Shown here piece after piece: positions 27,278 to 36,443 of a stretch of 64,000 nucleotides of DNA (position 1 is its first letter; every line of letters begins with the position of its first letter). The stretch covers positions 192,001-256,000 of the forward strand of contig JANRKS010000002.1 in NCBI GenBank assembly GCA_033763315.1, given 5' to 3'. Made by a program: the position numbers and the translations under genes. The DNA is from Deltaproteobacteria bacterium (GTDB taxonomy: Bacteria > Myxococcota_A > Polyangia > Fen-1088). Under the pieces are notes generated by a model. That model was not told where the DNA came from. It worked only from the letters and a program-made list of their open reading frames with translations, and ran no database searches.

Positions 27278-29353
27278 TCAGTTTGTGCCAGGTTTGGTCG
27301 GGAAACGCGACGCCCCTCCATGACCCTGCGCAGGGGTGCTGGCGCGTTTTCCCCAGGGCCGTCGTAGGTCGCCCACGCGAATCGTCACGCGTCGGGCGTC
27401 GAAGTGCTCCGCAAGCGGAATGCGGTACTTGCGGCTGACCCCCGAAACTGTCTTCCATTGCTGCGGCGTGATCGCGCCGTGTTCGTCGAGGAACGCGCGT
27501 AGCTTACCCTCAAGTAGTGAGATGACGGCGGTATCGAAATGAAGCCCCATGGCCACGCGGGTGAGTTGCCCCTGCCGGACGAGCGTCCCGATGGCCTGCG
27601 CCAGCTCGGAACCTGGCTCCGCCAGTAGGACCTCGAGCTCTCGCTGCAGCGGAGGCTGAAGGCCCGCGCGGGCATACTCGGCGTGGACACGTTCGAGCAA
27701 CTGCCGCTGGCGCTCCTCGGCCGCTGGTTTGAAATCCGTCGTTCGCACAAGGCCCTGGTGCTCGACGATCTGGCCGGCGCCTTGGAGCCGTTTGAGCGAC
27801 ACGTCGAAGACCGGCTCGGAAAGCGGCCGCCCAGCCGCGCCCAAGCTGGCGCGGAGGCTCTCCCGTCCCATGCCGGATTCGAGCGGCGACGACTGTTGCC
27901 GGCGCCGGACGATCGTCAGCAGGCGCGTGGCCAGCCGGTCGAGCGTGGCGTTGCTGATCATGCGTTCCGGGGGCGTGCCGATGAGCGCCACCTGCCCGCC
28001 GTTCACCAGTGGTGCAGCTCGCTCTAGCAGACGAGCGGGGGAGCAGGCGAGACGGGCCGCCAACTCGTCGACCGAACGGCCTGTGAGCGGCGCGTCCTCG
28101 AGGAGCATCAACGCCTTCTGCCCGACCTCCGCCTGACGGAAACGTTGAATCCAGACCGCACGCGACACCGCGGCGCCGCGGGGCTTTCGTGCGTCGACGT
28201 TCACGACCTCCCCGCCGCCCGTGGTCGTGCCATGGTCGGCTAACTTGCGATAGCCACGCAGAACGAAGCGATCGCCAGGCAGGAGCGGGAGCAGCGAATC
28301 GAGCTCGACCACCGCGGCCCCCGTCTGTCCAGGGGCCAGTTCGTCCTGCCCGAGCAGGCGGACCGTCGCATTCACTTGCGCCGTGAGCGCATGGAACAGG
28401 CCGCGCGTGAGCCGTGGCATGGCCACGCGATTGGCTGGCAGGTGGGTGACCAGGACCTCCACGAACCGCGACGGCGGGACCTGGCCAGGTCGCACGAGGG
28501 TGTCGCCTCGCTCGAGCAACTCGGGCGCGAGCGCGGGCAAGTTGACGGCGGTCCGGTCGCCCGCCACGGCCAGGGTCGCGGACTGTCCTCTGACGTGGAT
28601 GCCGCGGACACGGCCTGTCTTGCCGGCGAACGTGGTCTCTAGTTCGTCCCCGACCCGGAGATGTCCCGACACCAGCGTGCCGGTTGCGATGGTTCCGAAC
28701 CCCTTGAAGGAGAACACGCGGTCCACGGGCAATCGCAAGGGGGCGTCCTCGGGCCGCGGTCTCACGTGCGTGACGAGCTCGCAGAGCGCCCGGCGAAGCG
28801 CATCGATGCCCCGGCCCGTGTGCGCCGAGCAAGCGATCATCGGCCAGGTGCGGGCCGGATGGCCCGATAGCTCGGCGCGGATTCGATAGCGAGTTTTCTC
28901 GAGTTCCTCCGTCTCGACAGCATCGGACTTGGTGAGGACGACGATGCCCCTGTCGATGCCCAGCAGGTCACAGATGGACAAGTGTTCGCGCGTCTGCGGC
29001 TTCATGCCCTCGTTCGCCGCCACCGCGAGCAGAATGGCGTCGACGCCTTGCGCCCCGGCGACCATGGTTCGAATGAAGCGTTCGTGGCCGGGGACATCGA
29101 TGAACGAGACTGGGACGTCGCCCTCGACTCGTACGCCATCGGGGGCCAAGCGGTTTCGGGTGGTGTGCACGAAGCCGAGATCAATCGTGATGCCGCGCCT
29201 CACCTCCTCGGGCAGCCGGTCGGTCTCGACGCCGGTGAGCGCGCGGATGAGGGCTGTCTTACCGTGATCGATGTGGCCGGCCGTGCCAATCACGAATCCG
29301 CGCGGACCGCGTGTGCCGGAGACGATGTTTTCCGTCAGGGGCTCTGGCACCAT
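27278..29353 (-). CDS. selB: Selenocysteine-specific elongation factor
   Basis: GTAGHIDHGKT, RGITIDLGF and DVPGHERF; C-terminal winged helix SRKYRIPLAEHFD. Confidence 0.96.
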   Translation of the reverse strand: MVPEPLTENIVSGTRGPRGFVIGTAGHIDHGKTALIRALTGVETDRLPEEVRRGITIDLGFVHTTRNRLAPDGVRVEGDVPVSFIDVPGHERFIRTMVAGAQGVDAILLAVAANEGMKPQTREHLSICDLLGIDRGIVVLTKSDAVETEELEKTRYRIRAELSGHPARTWPMIACSAHTGRGIDALRRALCELVTHVRPRPEDAPLRLPVDRVFSFKGFGTIATGTLVSGHLRVGDELETTFAGKTGRVRGIHVRGQSATLAVAGDRTAVNLPALAPELLERGDTLVRPGQVPPSRFVEVLVTHLPANRVAMPRLTRGLFHALTAQVNATVRLLGQDELAPGQTGAAVVELDSLLPLLPGDRFVLRGYRKLADHGTTTGGGEVVNVDARKPRGAAVSRAVWIQRFRQAEVGQKALMLLEDAPLTGRSVDELAARLACSPARLLERAAPLVNGGQVALIGTPPERMISNATLDRLATRLLTIVRRRQQSSPLESGMGRESLRASLGAAGRPLSEPVFDVSLKRLQGAGQIVEHQGLVRTTDFKPAAEERQRQLLERVHAEYARAGLQPPLQRELEVLLAEPGSELAQAIGTLVRQGQLTRVAMGLHFDTAVISLLEGKLRAFLDEHGAITPQQWKTVSGVSRKYRIPLAEHFDARRVTIRVGDLRRPWGKRASTPAQGHGGASRFPTKPGTN

Positions 29354-29379
29354 GGCTCTCTTTCGTTTATCACGGTCGG

Positions 29380-30774
29380 GTGGCGCACGAATCCGACAGC
29401 AGACTTCGCTGCTTGCCCTCGGTGTCGCGGGTGCTGTCCGCGCCCGAGGTACAGCGATATGTGGTCTCGCTCGGGCACCCTGCCGTTACACGCGTGGTGA
29501 GAGAAACGATCGGGCGTTATCGAGACAGCGCTCTGGCTGCTCCCCTGGGTGATGGGCGTCGCGTGCTGTCCGCCGTTGTCGAAGAAGTGGTTCGAGCCTT
29601 GGCGGGCCAAGGAAAAGTCAGCCTCTCCACGGTGGTGAATGGAACAGGCGTTCTGCTTCACACAAACTTGGGGCGGGCGCCTCTTTCCAGGGCGGCGCTG
29701 TCGCAGTTGGTCGAGATCGCGTCGGGGTACTGCACGCTCGAGCTCGACCGGGCCACGCGCAAACGGGGCAGTCGTCACCAACACGTCGAGCCGCTGCTGG
29801 CGGAGCTGTGCGGCGCCGAGGGTTCCCTCGCGGTCAACAACAACGCGGCGGCGGTTTGGCTGGTGCTGCGAGCGCTTGCGGCGGGGCGCAAGGTCGTCGT
29901 CTCGCGGGGTGAATTGGTGGAGATCGGCGGCGGGTTCAGGATTCCCGACATTCTGCGCGACGCCGGGGTCGAGCTCGTTGAAGTCGGGACGACAAACCGA
30001 ACCCGCATCGAGGACTATGCGGCCGCATGTTCGGCGGACGCGCTGATGATTCTACGGGTCCACCGATCGAACTTCGAAATGGTCGGCTTTACGGAGATGC
30101 CGAGCCTCGCGGCGCTGGCGAACTTGGCCCGTGAGCGCGGCCTGCAACTCGTCGTCGATCAGGGCTCGGGAGCGCTGGTCGACTTGCCGGCGGCGGGCAT
30201 CCAGGGGGAGCAGACCGTGAAGGGGGCGATCGCGGCGAAGGCCGACCTGGTGTGTTTCTCGGGGGACAAGCTGCTTGGGGGCCCGCAGGCGGGCCTCATC
30301 GTGGGCAAAGCGGACTTGATCGCGCGGATCGCGCAGCACCCTATGATGCGCGCGCTGCGCCCCGGGAAGCTCGAGCTCGCGGCCCTCGAGGCGACCCTGC
30401 GTGCGCACCGCTCGGGGGCAGCCGGCGACGAGATTCCGTTCCACATGATGTTGCACGAACCGCTGTCCGAGGTGCGGGCCCGGGCCGACCGGCTCGCGGC
30501 GGGCATCGTGGGTCTCGGCGCGGGATGGTCGGCTGACGTACGTCCGACCCAGAACCGCATCGGTGGCGGCGCGGCGCCGACCGCCTTGATCGAAGGTTAC
30601 GGTGTGTTCCTTTCACGCCTGGAATGGTCTGCCGATGACCTCGCCCAGGCGTTTGCTGGCCTCCATCCCTCCGTGATTGGCCGTATCGAGGATGACCGGC
30701 TCGTTGTCGAGGCCCGGACGCTGCTGGTCGGTGATGTCGAGGTGACCTTGCAGGCCATGCGCGCCATCGCGTAG
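29380..30774 (+). CDS. selA: L-seryl-tRNA(Sec) selenium transferase
   Basis: NGTGVLLHTNLGRAP, VNNNAAA, SRGELVEIGGGFRIPD, EVGTTNRT and FSGDKLLGGPQAG; probable GTG start at 29380. Confidence 0.96.
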   Translation: MAHESDSRLRCLPSVSRVLSAPEVQRYVVSLGHPAVTRVVRETIGRYRDSALAAPLGDGRRVLSAVVEEVVRALAGQGKVSLSTVVNGTGVLLHTNLGRAPLSRAALSQLVEIASGYCTLELDRATRKRGSRHQHVEPLLAELCGAEGSLAVNNNAAAVWLVLRALAAGRKVVVSRGELVEIGGGFRIPDILRDAGVELVEVGTTNRTRIEDYAAACSADALMILRVHRSNFEMVGFTEMPSLAALANLARERGLQLVVDQGSGALVDLPAAGIQGEQTVKGAIAAKADLVCFSGDKLLGGPQAGLIVGKADLIARIAQHPMMRALRPGKLELAALEATLRAHRSGAAGDEIPFHMMLHEPLSEVRARADRLAAGIVGLGAGWSADVRPTQNRIGGGAAPTALIEGYGVFLSRLEWSADDLAQAFAGLHPSVIGRIEDDRLVVEARTLLVGDVEVTLQAMRAIA

Positions 30775-30794
30775 CTGGGCGGTGTTCTCGTTCT

Positions 30795-31313
30795 TCAAGG
30801 CAGGTGGCGCAGGTGGGGGGCGAGCAGGTGCTGCCACGAGGCCGAAAACCCATGCACCTTGGCGGGCGCGCCGCGCGGCGCTTGGAGGGGGCGGCCTTCG
30901 TTTGCCCATTTGAAGATGCCTCCCGACAGGTTGCGCGCGTGTCTGAAGCCAAGGGCCGCCAGATGACGCGCGTACTCCGCGGACCGGTAGCCGACGGAGC
31001 AATACACGACCACGGGATCGGTGCGCGGATCGAGACCTGCTAGAGCATCCGCTGCCCCGATCCAGCGCGCGCCCGGGAGGTGACTCACCTCGAACTCCTC
31101 GCCGGCTCGCGCATCAATGATACGCGGCCTGGTGGCCGCCTCGATCGCGGCCGCGAGACTGCCGGTCGTGATTTCATGAACGTCGGGATGTCGGGTTCTC
31201 ACGTCCTGCATCACCGTGTGGAGCGAGGGCCTGGGGCCCGAGCACGTCACCGAGGCCAGGAGGGCCGCGAGCGCAAACAGGCAGGTCTGGCCCGGTAGGT
31301 ACCCGGGCCTCAT
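30795..31313 (-). CDS. Exported rhodanese-like protein
   Basis: IDARAGEEFEVSHLPGA; VYCSVGYRS; NLSGGIFKW. Confidence 0.85.
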   Translation of the reverse strand: MRPGYLPGQTCLFALAALLASVTCSGPRPSLHTVMQDVRTRHPDVHEITTGSLAAAIEAATRPRIIDARAGEEFEVSHLPGARWIGAADALAGLDPRTDPVVVYCSVGYRSAEYARHLAALGFRHARNLSGGIFKWANEGRPLQAPRGAPAKVHGFSASWQHLLAPHLRHLP

Positions 31314-31699
31314 GTCATGACGTGCCGGTCCCCCGCGATGTAGCGGAAGACATCCACAACATCAATCATCAAGCTCATCCCGTTCAGAATGATGATCGTG
31401 ATAATCCAGGTGTGCATGCCACCAGCGACATCGTCGAGTCGACCCAGAAGGAAGATATTGAGAGGCAGCCAGCCCACGATGTGCCCGAGGCCCAGCAAGC
31501 GAACGAAGCCGAGCCGCGCGAACACCCCCCACATCACCAACGCGCCCACCATGGTGGCCGCCAGCGCCGCCTTGCCTTCTGGTTGGGAGATGAAGATCAG
31601 GCCCCCTGCCACGTTGGCCAGGAGCAACACGCCCACCCAGGCGTTCCAGGGGAAGCGCATCCGAAAGATGCGCTTCATCATCTCGAACATCGATCCCAC
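31310..31699 (-). CDS. Small 4-TM membrane protein
   Basis: Hydrophobic segments; GFVRLLGLGH motif. Confidence 0.6.
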   Translation of the reverse strand: MGSMFEMMKRIFRMRFPWNAWVGVLLLANVAGGLIFISQPEGKAALAATMVGALVMWGVFARLGFVRLLGLGHIVGWLPLNIFLLGRLDDVAGGMHTWIITIIILNGMSLMIDVVDVFRYIAGDRHVMT

Positions 31700-31702
31700 C
31701 GC

Positions 31703-32092
31703 TCACCCGTATTTCTTGGCCACCTTTTCGAGCTCACCCTTGAAGATGGGGCCCATCATGTCCGCGGCTGCATCTGGCTTGATGTCGGTGATCCAGCGCA
31801 GGGACGACTTGCCGTTGCCCTGATCGAGGACCTGCATCGACGCCGCGTGAAACTGAAGGCCAAAGGGCGACTCGGTGATGGTATAGGCCACGCGTCGATT
31901 CTGGTGGTCGATGCCCAGGATGGTCTCCTTCAGCTTGCCGCCGTCGGCGGTGACGCAGGTGCGGGTGTCGCCCTCGCACGAGCTCTCCATGATGATGTCG
32001 AGGAGGTTGGAGATGCCGCCCACGTCGGCGACCTTCTGCCAGAGTTGGTCGGCGGGGAGGTTGACGGAGGTCTCGAGGTAGATGGTTGCCAC
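31703..32092 (-). CDS. SRPBCC/polyketide cyclase-like protein
   Basis: LWQKVADVGG...RTCVTADGGKLKETI...YTI. Confidence 0.8.
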   Translation of the reverse strand: MATIYLETSVNLPADQLWQKVADVGGISNLLDIIMESSCEGDTRTCVTADGGKLKETILGIDHQNRRVAYTITESPFGLQFHAASMQVLDQGNGKSSLRWITDIKPDAAADMMGPIFKGELEKVAKKYG

Positions 32093-32155
32093 GGGAAGGT
32101 CCTTTCGAATCTGGAGCTTGGGTTTCCCGTGGCAGTCTCGCGAGCGGCGCGAGCG

Positions 32156-32851
32156 TTACACGCCCGGCTGCCGCTGGCCCGCGATGGAGCAGGAGGCCAC
32201 GGGCCAGCCGTTCCAGACCGACGCACCCACCAGCGCCACGACGCCCGCGTAGGTCAGAGTCGTGCTGTCCCAGGCGAACTTTCCGACCATGACAACAAGT
32301 GCAGCGGCGAGCCCCAGCGCGAAAGGGCCGATGCCCCGGCGTGCGCGGGCCTGGAATGCGAGCGCGATCAGGGTCACGCCGAGCGCCCCAGCGGTCAGGG
32401 GAAGCAGCCAGGTCACATCCATGAGGAACCCCAGGCCGAGGGCCGCGAGCAGGCCCCCGTATGCTGGCCAACACGCCGGGCAGGCCGCGTGGGGGAGGAC
32501 CGCCGTGACGATGCCGGGCAGCAGCGGAATGGCGCTTCGCCAACGGCCAAACGGGGTCGAGGAGCGCGTGAGCGCTCGCAAGAGGAGCGCGACGCTGGGG
32601 GCACCGGCTCCGGCCCCGTAGAGGCGGCAACACGCGGCGCTCGACGGCCGTTCGCCCGCGACGTCGCGCCCGTCGACGAGTACGGAGGGCGACCCGCGCC
32701 CGCGCGTTCGCACCGGTGCCGCGGGATCGCCGATGCGATGCTCGTTCCAGGAAGCGGGCAATCTGGCGAGCGCCAGCGCACGGGCGAGGTTCTCGCGGGT
32801 CGCGGAGACGTTGGGGCACGACTCGTCGTAGATCAGGTCAACGATTGGCAT
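32156..32851 (-). CDS. Thioredoxin-like metal-binding domain fused to a MerC-like mercury transporter
   Basis: SCPN...GSPSVLVDGRD...CCRLY; then ACPACWPAY...LGLGFL and TM helices. Confidence 0.7.
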   Translation of the reverse strand: MPIVDLIYDESCPNVSATRENLARALALARLPASWNEHRIGDPAAPVRTRGRGSPSVLVDGRDVAGERPSSAACCRLYGAGAGAPSVALLLRALTRSSTPFGRWRSAIPLLPGIVTAVLPHAACPACWPAYGGLLAALGLGFLMDVTWLLPLTAGALGVTLIALAFQARARRGIGPFALGLAAALVVMVGKFAWDSTTLTYAGVVALVGASVWNGWPVASCSIAGQRQPGV

Positions 32852-33269
32852 CGATTGTCTTCTCCGCTATGGCATCGAGCAGTGGACAGTCCGCCGACGG
32901 ACCTCGCCCTTGGCACGATTTCACGAGGGTTTCGAGCGCCCCTTTTATCTGGGCGAGCTCCGCCAGCTTGGCCTCGACCGCAGCAATCTTGGCCCGCGCG
33001 AGGGTGCGTACGTCCGCACACGTGCGACCTGGCGTGACCCGCAGCTCGAGCAGCTCGGCAATCTCACTGAGAGTGAAGCCGAGATCCTTGGCGCTGCGGA
33101 TGAAACGAACGCGCGCAACGGCGTCTTCGGGGTACAGTCGGTAGCCAGAACGGCGCCGCGGCGGAACCGCCAAGAGTCGCCGGCGCTCGTAGAAGCGGAC
33201 GGTCTCGACGCCGACCCCGGCAGCCCTCGCAAGCTCCCCGATGGTTAGTTTGATCGCGGCGCGGTCCAT
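32838..33269 (-). CDS. merR: MerR family heavy-metal regulator (Hg-type Cys pattern)
   Basis: TIGELARAAGVGVETVRFYERR; GFTLSEI; Cys in TCAD and SCQG...DCPL. Confidence 0.8.
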   Translation of the reverse strand: MDRAAIKLTIGELARAAGVGVETVRFYERRRLLAVPPRRRSGYRLYPEDAVARVRFIRSAKDLGFTLSEIAELLELRVTPGRTCADVRTLARAKIAAVEAKLAELAQIKGALETLVKSCQGRGPSADCPLLDAIAEKTIDANR

Positions 33270-33276
33270 GACGGGA

Positions 33277-33308
33277 AGTCTGCACCCCGTACCACGGTAC
33301 GGTGTCAA
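33277..33308 (-). promoter_or_regulatory. MerR-type promoter/operator
   Basis: TTGACA, 20-bp spacer, CAGACT; spacer holds the dyad CCGTACC-N2-GGTACGG (33287-33302). Confidence 0.8.
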
Positions 33309-33454
33309 GGGCTTTCGCGGCGAGTCGCCGGTGCACTTTGTCGCGAAGGGAACAGGTCATGGCAGGGGGGCGGTCATGAAAACGCGCGCGTCCACATCTT
33401 CGATGGAACCATTGCCGTCCCGGCTCCGTCGTTCACGGTAAGCCCTTGCTGTCC

Positions 33455-33631
33455 ATGAACCGGGACGAGTTTTCCACCCTGGCGCTGTCCTACATCGAGG
33501 ACGTCACCGCCTACGCGCGGCGGCTGTGCCGCAGCGGCTGGGACGCGGACGACCTCGTGCAGGGCGCCTTCGAGCAGGCCTTTCGCGCCTGGCGCGACCT
33601 CGCGGAGCCAGCCCGCTGCCGGGCCTGGTTG
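33455..33631 (+). pseudogene. Truncated ECF sigma factor (region 2 only)
   Basis: AYARRLCRSGWDADDLVQGAFEQAFRAW...RAWL, after which sigma similarity ends abruptly. Confidence 0.7.
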
Positions 33632-33880
33632 AACGATCATCGCCAGCCGCAGCGGCACCGTTGCAGGGGTCGCGATGGCCAACACGGCAACGGCGAACAT
33701 GGCCAGCCCTAACCCAAGCGGCCGGAGCAGCGGGGCCGTGTCTGGCCCGATGCGCCCCGCGATCTTCTCTGGCGTGGCGATGAGAGACAGCGCTGCAAGG
33801 GCCGAGAAGTCGGCGTTTGTTCGCATCTCTGCGCGCAGCCGGTACGTTCCGTTGAGATCATCGAAAAGCATGATGCGCAT
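33632..33880 (-). pseudogene. Truncated membrane protein fragment
   Basis: Hydrophobic segments NADFSALAALSLI and LGLGLAMFAVAVLAIA run head-on into the sigma fragment. Confidence 0.4.
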
Positions 33881-33937
33881 GGTTTGACAGACGCAGGCGG
33901 GTGGCGATTGCCTGCGAGGTAAGGGAGCTCCTCGAAG

Positions 33938-34900
33938 GTGAGCGCCGACCCGGGGGTGGTGCTTGCAGTAGACTTGCGTCCGATGCGAATCGTCCCGTTG
34001 AGATCGCTTTCAGTGGCTGTCCTCGTCGCGGCATGTGCGAGTGATCGCGCTCGGCCACCCGCGGACGGCTCCTCACCGCTGGAGATTGCCGACGCGGGCG
34101 CGGCCGGTTCTGCGGACGGGGCGACCGAGCGCGGCCTGGCCTGTGGTGACGTCGATCTTCCCGGCGCGGGGGTATCGTTCATCGGTTTACGGGTCGACGA
34201 GATCGGGTCGCGCCGAGCGGTGGTGCGCTTCGAGACGAGCGAACCCACCACGTGCGAGGTCGAGTGGGGGCTGGCGCCTGATGCGCTCGACAGGGCGGCG
34301 TCGGACCCCGACATGGATCCAGACAATCCGTACGCTGTCGGGCACGAAGTACCGCTCGAGGACTTGCCCCCCGGCACGACCATTCACTTCAGGGCCCGCG
34401 CGACCACCCCCGGCGGGATGACCTGGTTCTCCGATGGCTGCGCCTTCCCCACGGCACCCTCGTCACCCAACGAGCCGGCCTGGGTCAACGTGGCGCCGAT
34501 GGGCATGATCGCCGGCCGCAGCTCGAACTTCGGCGGCGCGGCTGACCAAGAGACTTGGGGTGCCGCGGCCGCCATCGACGGCATGATGGCGACCGAGTGG
34601 TCGAGCAACGGTGACGGCGATGGAGCGTGGTTGACGGTCGACCTCGGGCGACCCTATACGCTGGTGGGATCCGGCTTCTGCAGTCGCAAGATGACCGACG
34701 GCACCTCCATCGTCCGGTCCATCGAGCTCACGTTCGACGGTGCCGACGGGCGCGGGCCCTACCAGACGCCCAACCCCGATCACGCCTACAAGTTCGGGTT
34801 CACTCGGCCGGTGGTGGCGCGCCAGGTGCGTCTCGACGCCCTCACCACGAGCGGAGGCAACACCGGGGTCAAGGAGCTCGAGCTCTTCGTCCTACCGTGA
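33938..34900 (+). CDS. Lipoprotein with FN3-like and discoidin (F5/8C) domains
   Basis: Lipobox VAAC; VRFETSEPT..EVEWG; AIDGMMATEWSS...WLTVDLG...VKELEL. Confidence 0.7.
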   Translation: MSADPGVVLAVDLRPMRIVPLRSLSVAVLVAACASDRARPPADGSSPLEIADAGAAGSADGATERGLACGDVDLPGAGVSFIGLRVDEIGSRRAVVRFETSEPTTCEVEWGLAPDALDRAASDPDMDPDNPYAVGHEVPLEDLPPGTTIHFRARATTPGGMTWFSDGCAFPTAPSSPNEPAWVNVAPMGMIAGRSSNFGGAADQETWGAAAAIDGMMATEWSSNGDGDGAWLTVDLGRPYTLVGSGFCSRKMTDGTSIVRSIELTFDGADGRGPYQTPNPDHAYKFGFTRPVVARQVRLDALTTSGGNTGVKELELFVLP

Positions 34901-34928
34901 CCGACGGTGTGCGCCCCGTGCAGGGACC

Positions 34929-35825
34929 TCAGAGGAGCTGGTCGACTCCCGCTTCGATGAGATTCGCCACGGCGCGCACCCGCGCGAGGCGCAAGCGACC
35001 CGGCGGCGAGACCAAGTAGACGGGGAAGTCACCGAAACCCCAGTGCGGCAATACGTGCACCAGGGCTCCCTTGGAAGCGGCCTCTTGCACCTCGCGCCGA
35101 GGCCGCAGGCCGATGCCCAGCCCGGCCTGGATTGCGGCATGCAAGGTGGCGGTGTCGTCGCTCGAGAAACGCCCCGCGACCGGCGCGACGTAGCTCTTGC
35201 CCGAGTGATGGCGCAGGCGCCACGTCGTCTCCGGCTGCGGACGCAGCACACGCAGGCATTCGTGTTTCACCAGATCGCGCGGATGGCGGGGGAGCGGGCG
35301 GCCAGACATGTACGTCGGAGACGCCGCGAGCGCCCAGTCGAGGGTGGCGAGCTTGCGGGCGACCACGGACTGCAGCCGCACCGGACCGGGCCAGACCACG
35401 AGATCGAAGCCCTCGGCGATCGGATCAGCGGGCGCGTTGCGGGCCATGACCTGGAGGGTGAGACCGGGTTCCTCCGCCATCAGCTCGGCGAAGCGCGAGA
35501 GCGTTGCGGGCGTCGAGAGCTGCGGATGGAGCGCCACGCGAACCACGCCAGTCATGCGCTCGGCGGTGGGGCGCAGTTCGTCCTCGACCTCTTCGACCTC
35601 TCGGAGGATACGCCGAGATCGCGCGAGCAATCGTTGGCCTTCGTCGGTCAACGTGAGACGGCGGGTCGTACGGAGCGCGAGGCGCGTGCCAAGTCGGCTC
35701 TCTAGCTGCGCGAGGCGGCGGCTGATGGCGTTCACGGACACCGCCAATCTTCGGGCCACCACCGACAAGCTGCCCTCCTCGGCAACGGCCACGAAGGTGC
35801 GCAGTTCGTCCAGGCTCTCGAGCAT
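34929..35825 (-). CDS. LysR family regulator
   Basis: FVAVAEEGSLS...LRTTRRLTLTDEG. Confidence 0.9.
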   Translation of the reverse strand: MLESLDELRTFVAVAEEGSLSVVARRLAVSVNAISRRLAQLESRLGTRLALRTTRRLTLTDEGQRLLARSRRILREVEEVEDELRPTAERMTGVVRVALHPQLSTPATLSRFAELMAEEPGLTLQVMARNAPADPIAEGFDLVVWPGPVRLQSVVARKLATLDWALAASPTYMSGRPLPRHPRDLVKHECLRVLRPQPETTWRLRHHSGKSYVAPVAGRFSSDDTATLHAAIQAGLGIGLRPRREVQEAASKGALVHVLPHWGFGDFPVYLVSPPGRLRLARVRAVANLIEAGVDQLL

Positions 35826-35930
35826 CGTGAGTCTCCAATTATAACCCAACGAGTGACAATGTTTGTCAGACAATCACCCTAGAAGCCCGTGTCCCGATCC
35901 GGCACCTTGTGATGCGAAGGAGGTGCCGAC

Positions 35931-36377
35931 ATGGGCACGGAAGCGAGCACGAACAAGACGTTGCGATTCAGCCAGGTCATCGACGCGCCGGTCGAGAGAG
36001 CCTGGGAGGTGGTGGCCGCGGTCTCAGGCGTGGACAAGTGGATCCCGTTTATAACGAGTTGCCGGGTGGAAGGTCAGGGCGCGGGGGCGCGGCGCTACTG
36101 CGAGACGGCGGACGGGAACGCGCTGACCGAGCGCGTGCTGGCCATCGTGCCGGAGACGCGCACGTTCTGGTATGCGATCGAGGCGGGTTTGCCGGTCTCG
36201 CGGTACGAGGGCCTCATGCAGTTCGTGCCCGACGGCGAGCTTCGATGCCGAATGGTGTGGACGGTGACGTTTGCGGGGGCGGAGGCGGCCAGCGCCGGGG
36301 TGGCCTCGATGTTGGAGCAGGCAGCGCCGGCGGTGTTCATCGGCCTCGCGGCGCATCTGGGCCACGCACGAGCGTAA
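35931..36377 (+). CDS. SRPBCC family protein
   Basis: IDAPVERAWEVV...WIPFITSC...ARRYC. Confidence 0.8.
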   Translation: MGTEASTNKTLRFSQVIDAPVERAWEVVAAVSGVDKWIPFITSCRVEGQGAGARRYCETADGNALTERVLAIVPETRTFWYAIEAGLPVSRYEGLMQFVPDGELRCRMVWTVTFAGAEAASAGVASMLEQAAPAVFIGLAAHLGHARA

Positions 36378-36443
36378 AGTTGCGCGCAGCTGGCGCGCTC
36401 CAGAGGCGACGATCGTGGTCAAAGAGTCAGTCGCTGCCTCCCT

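Noticed and set aside
31310-32092. SRPBCC and membrane ORFs are in frame across a single TGA (possible second Sec read-through)
   Set aside because: The TGA falls at the natural end of the SRPBCC fold, with no redox-motif context and no convincing hairpin; in-frame neighbours occur by chance one time in three.
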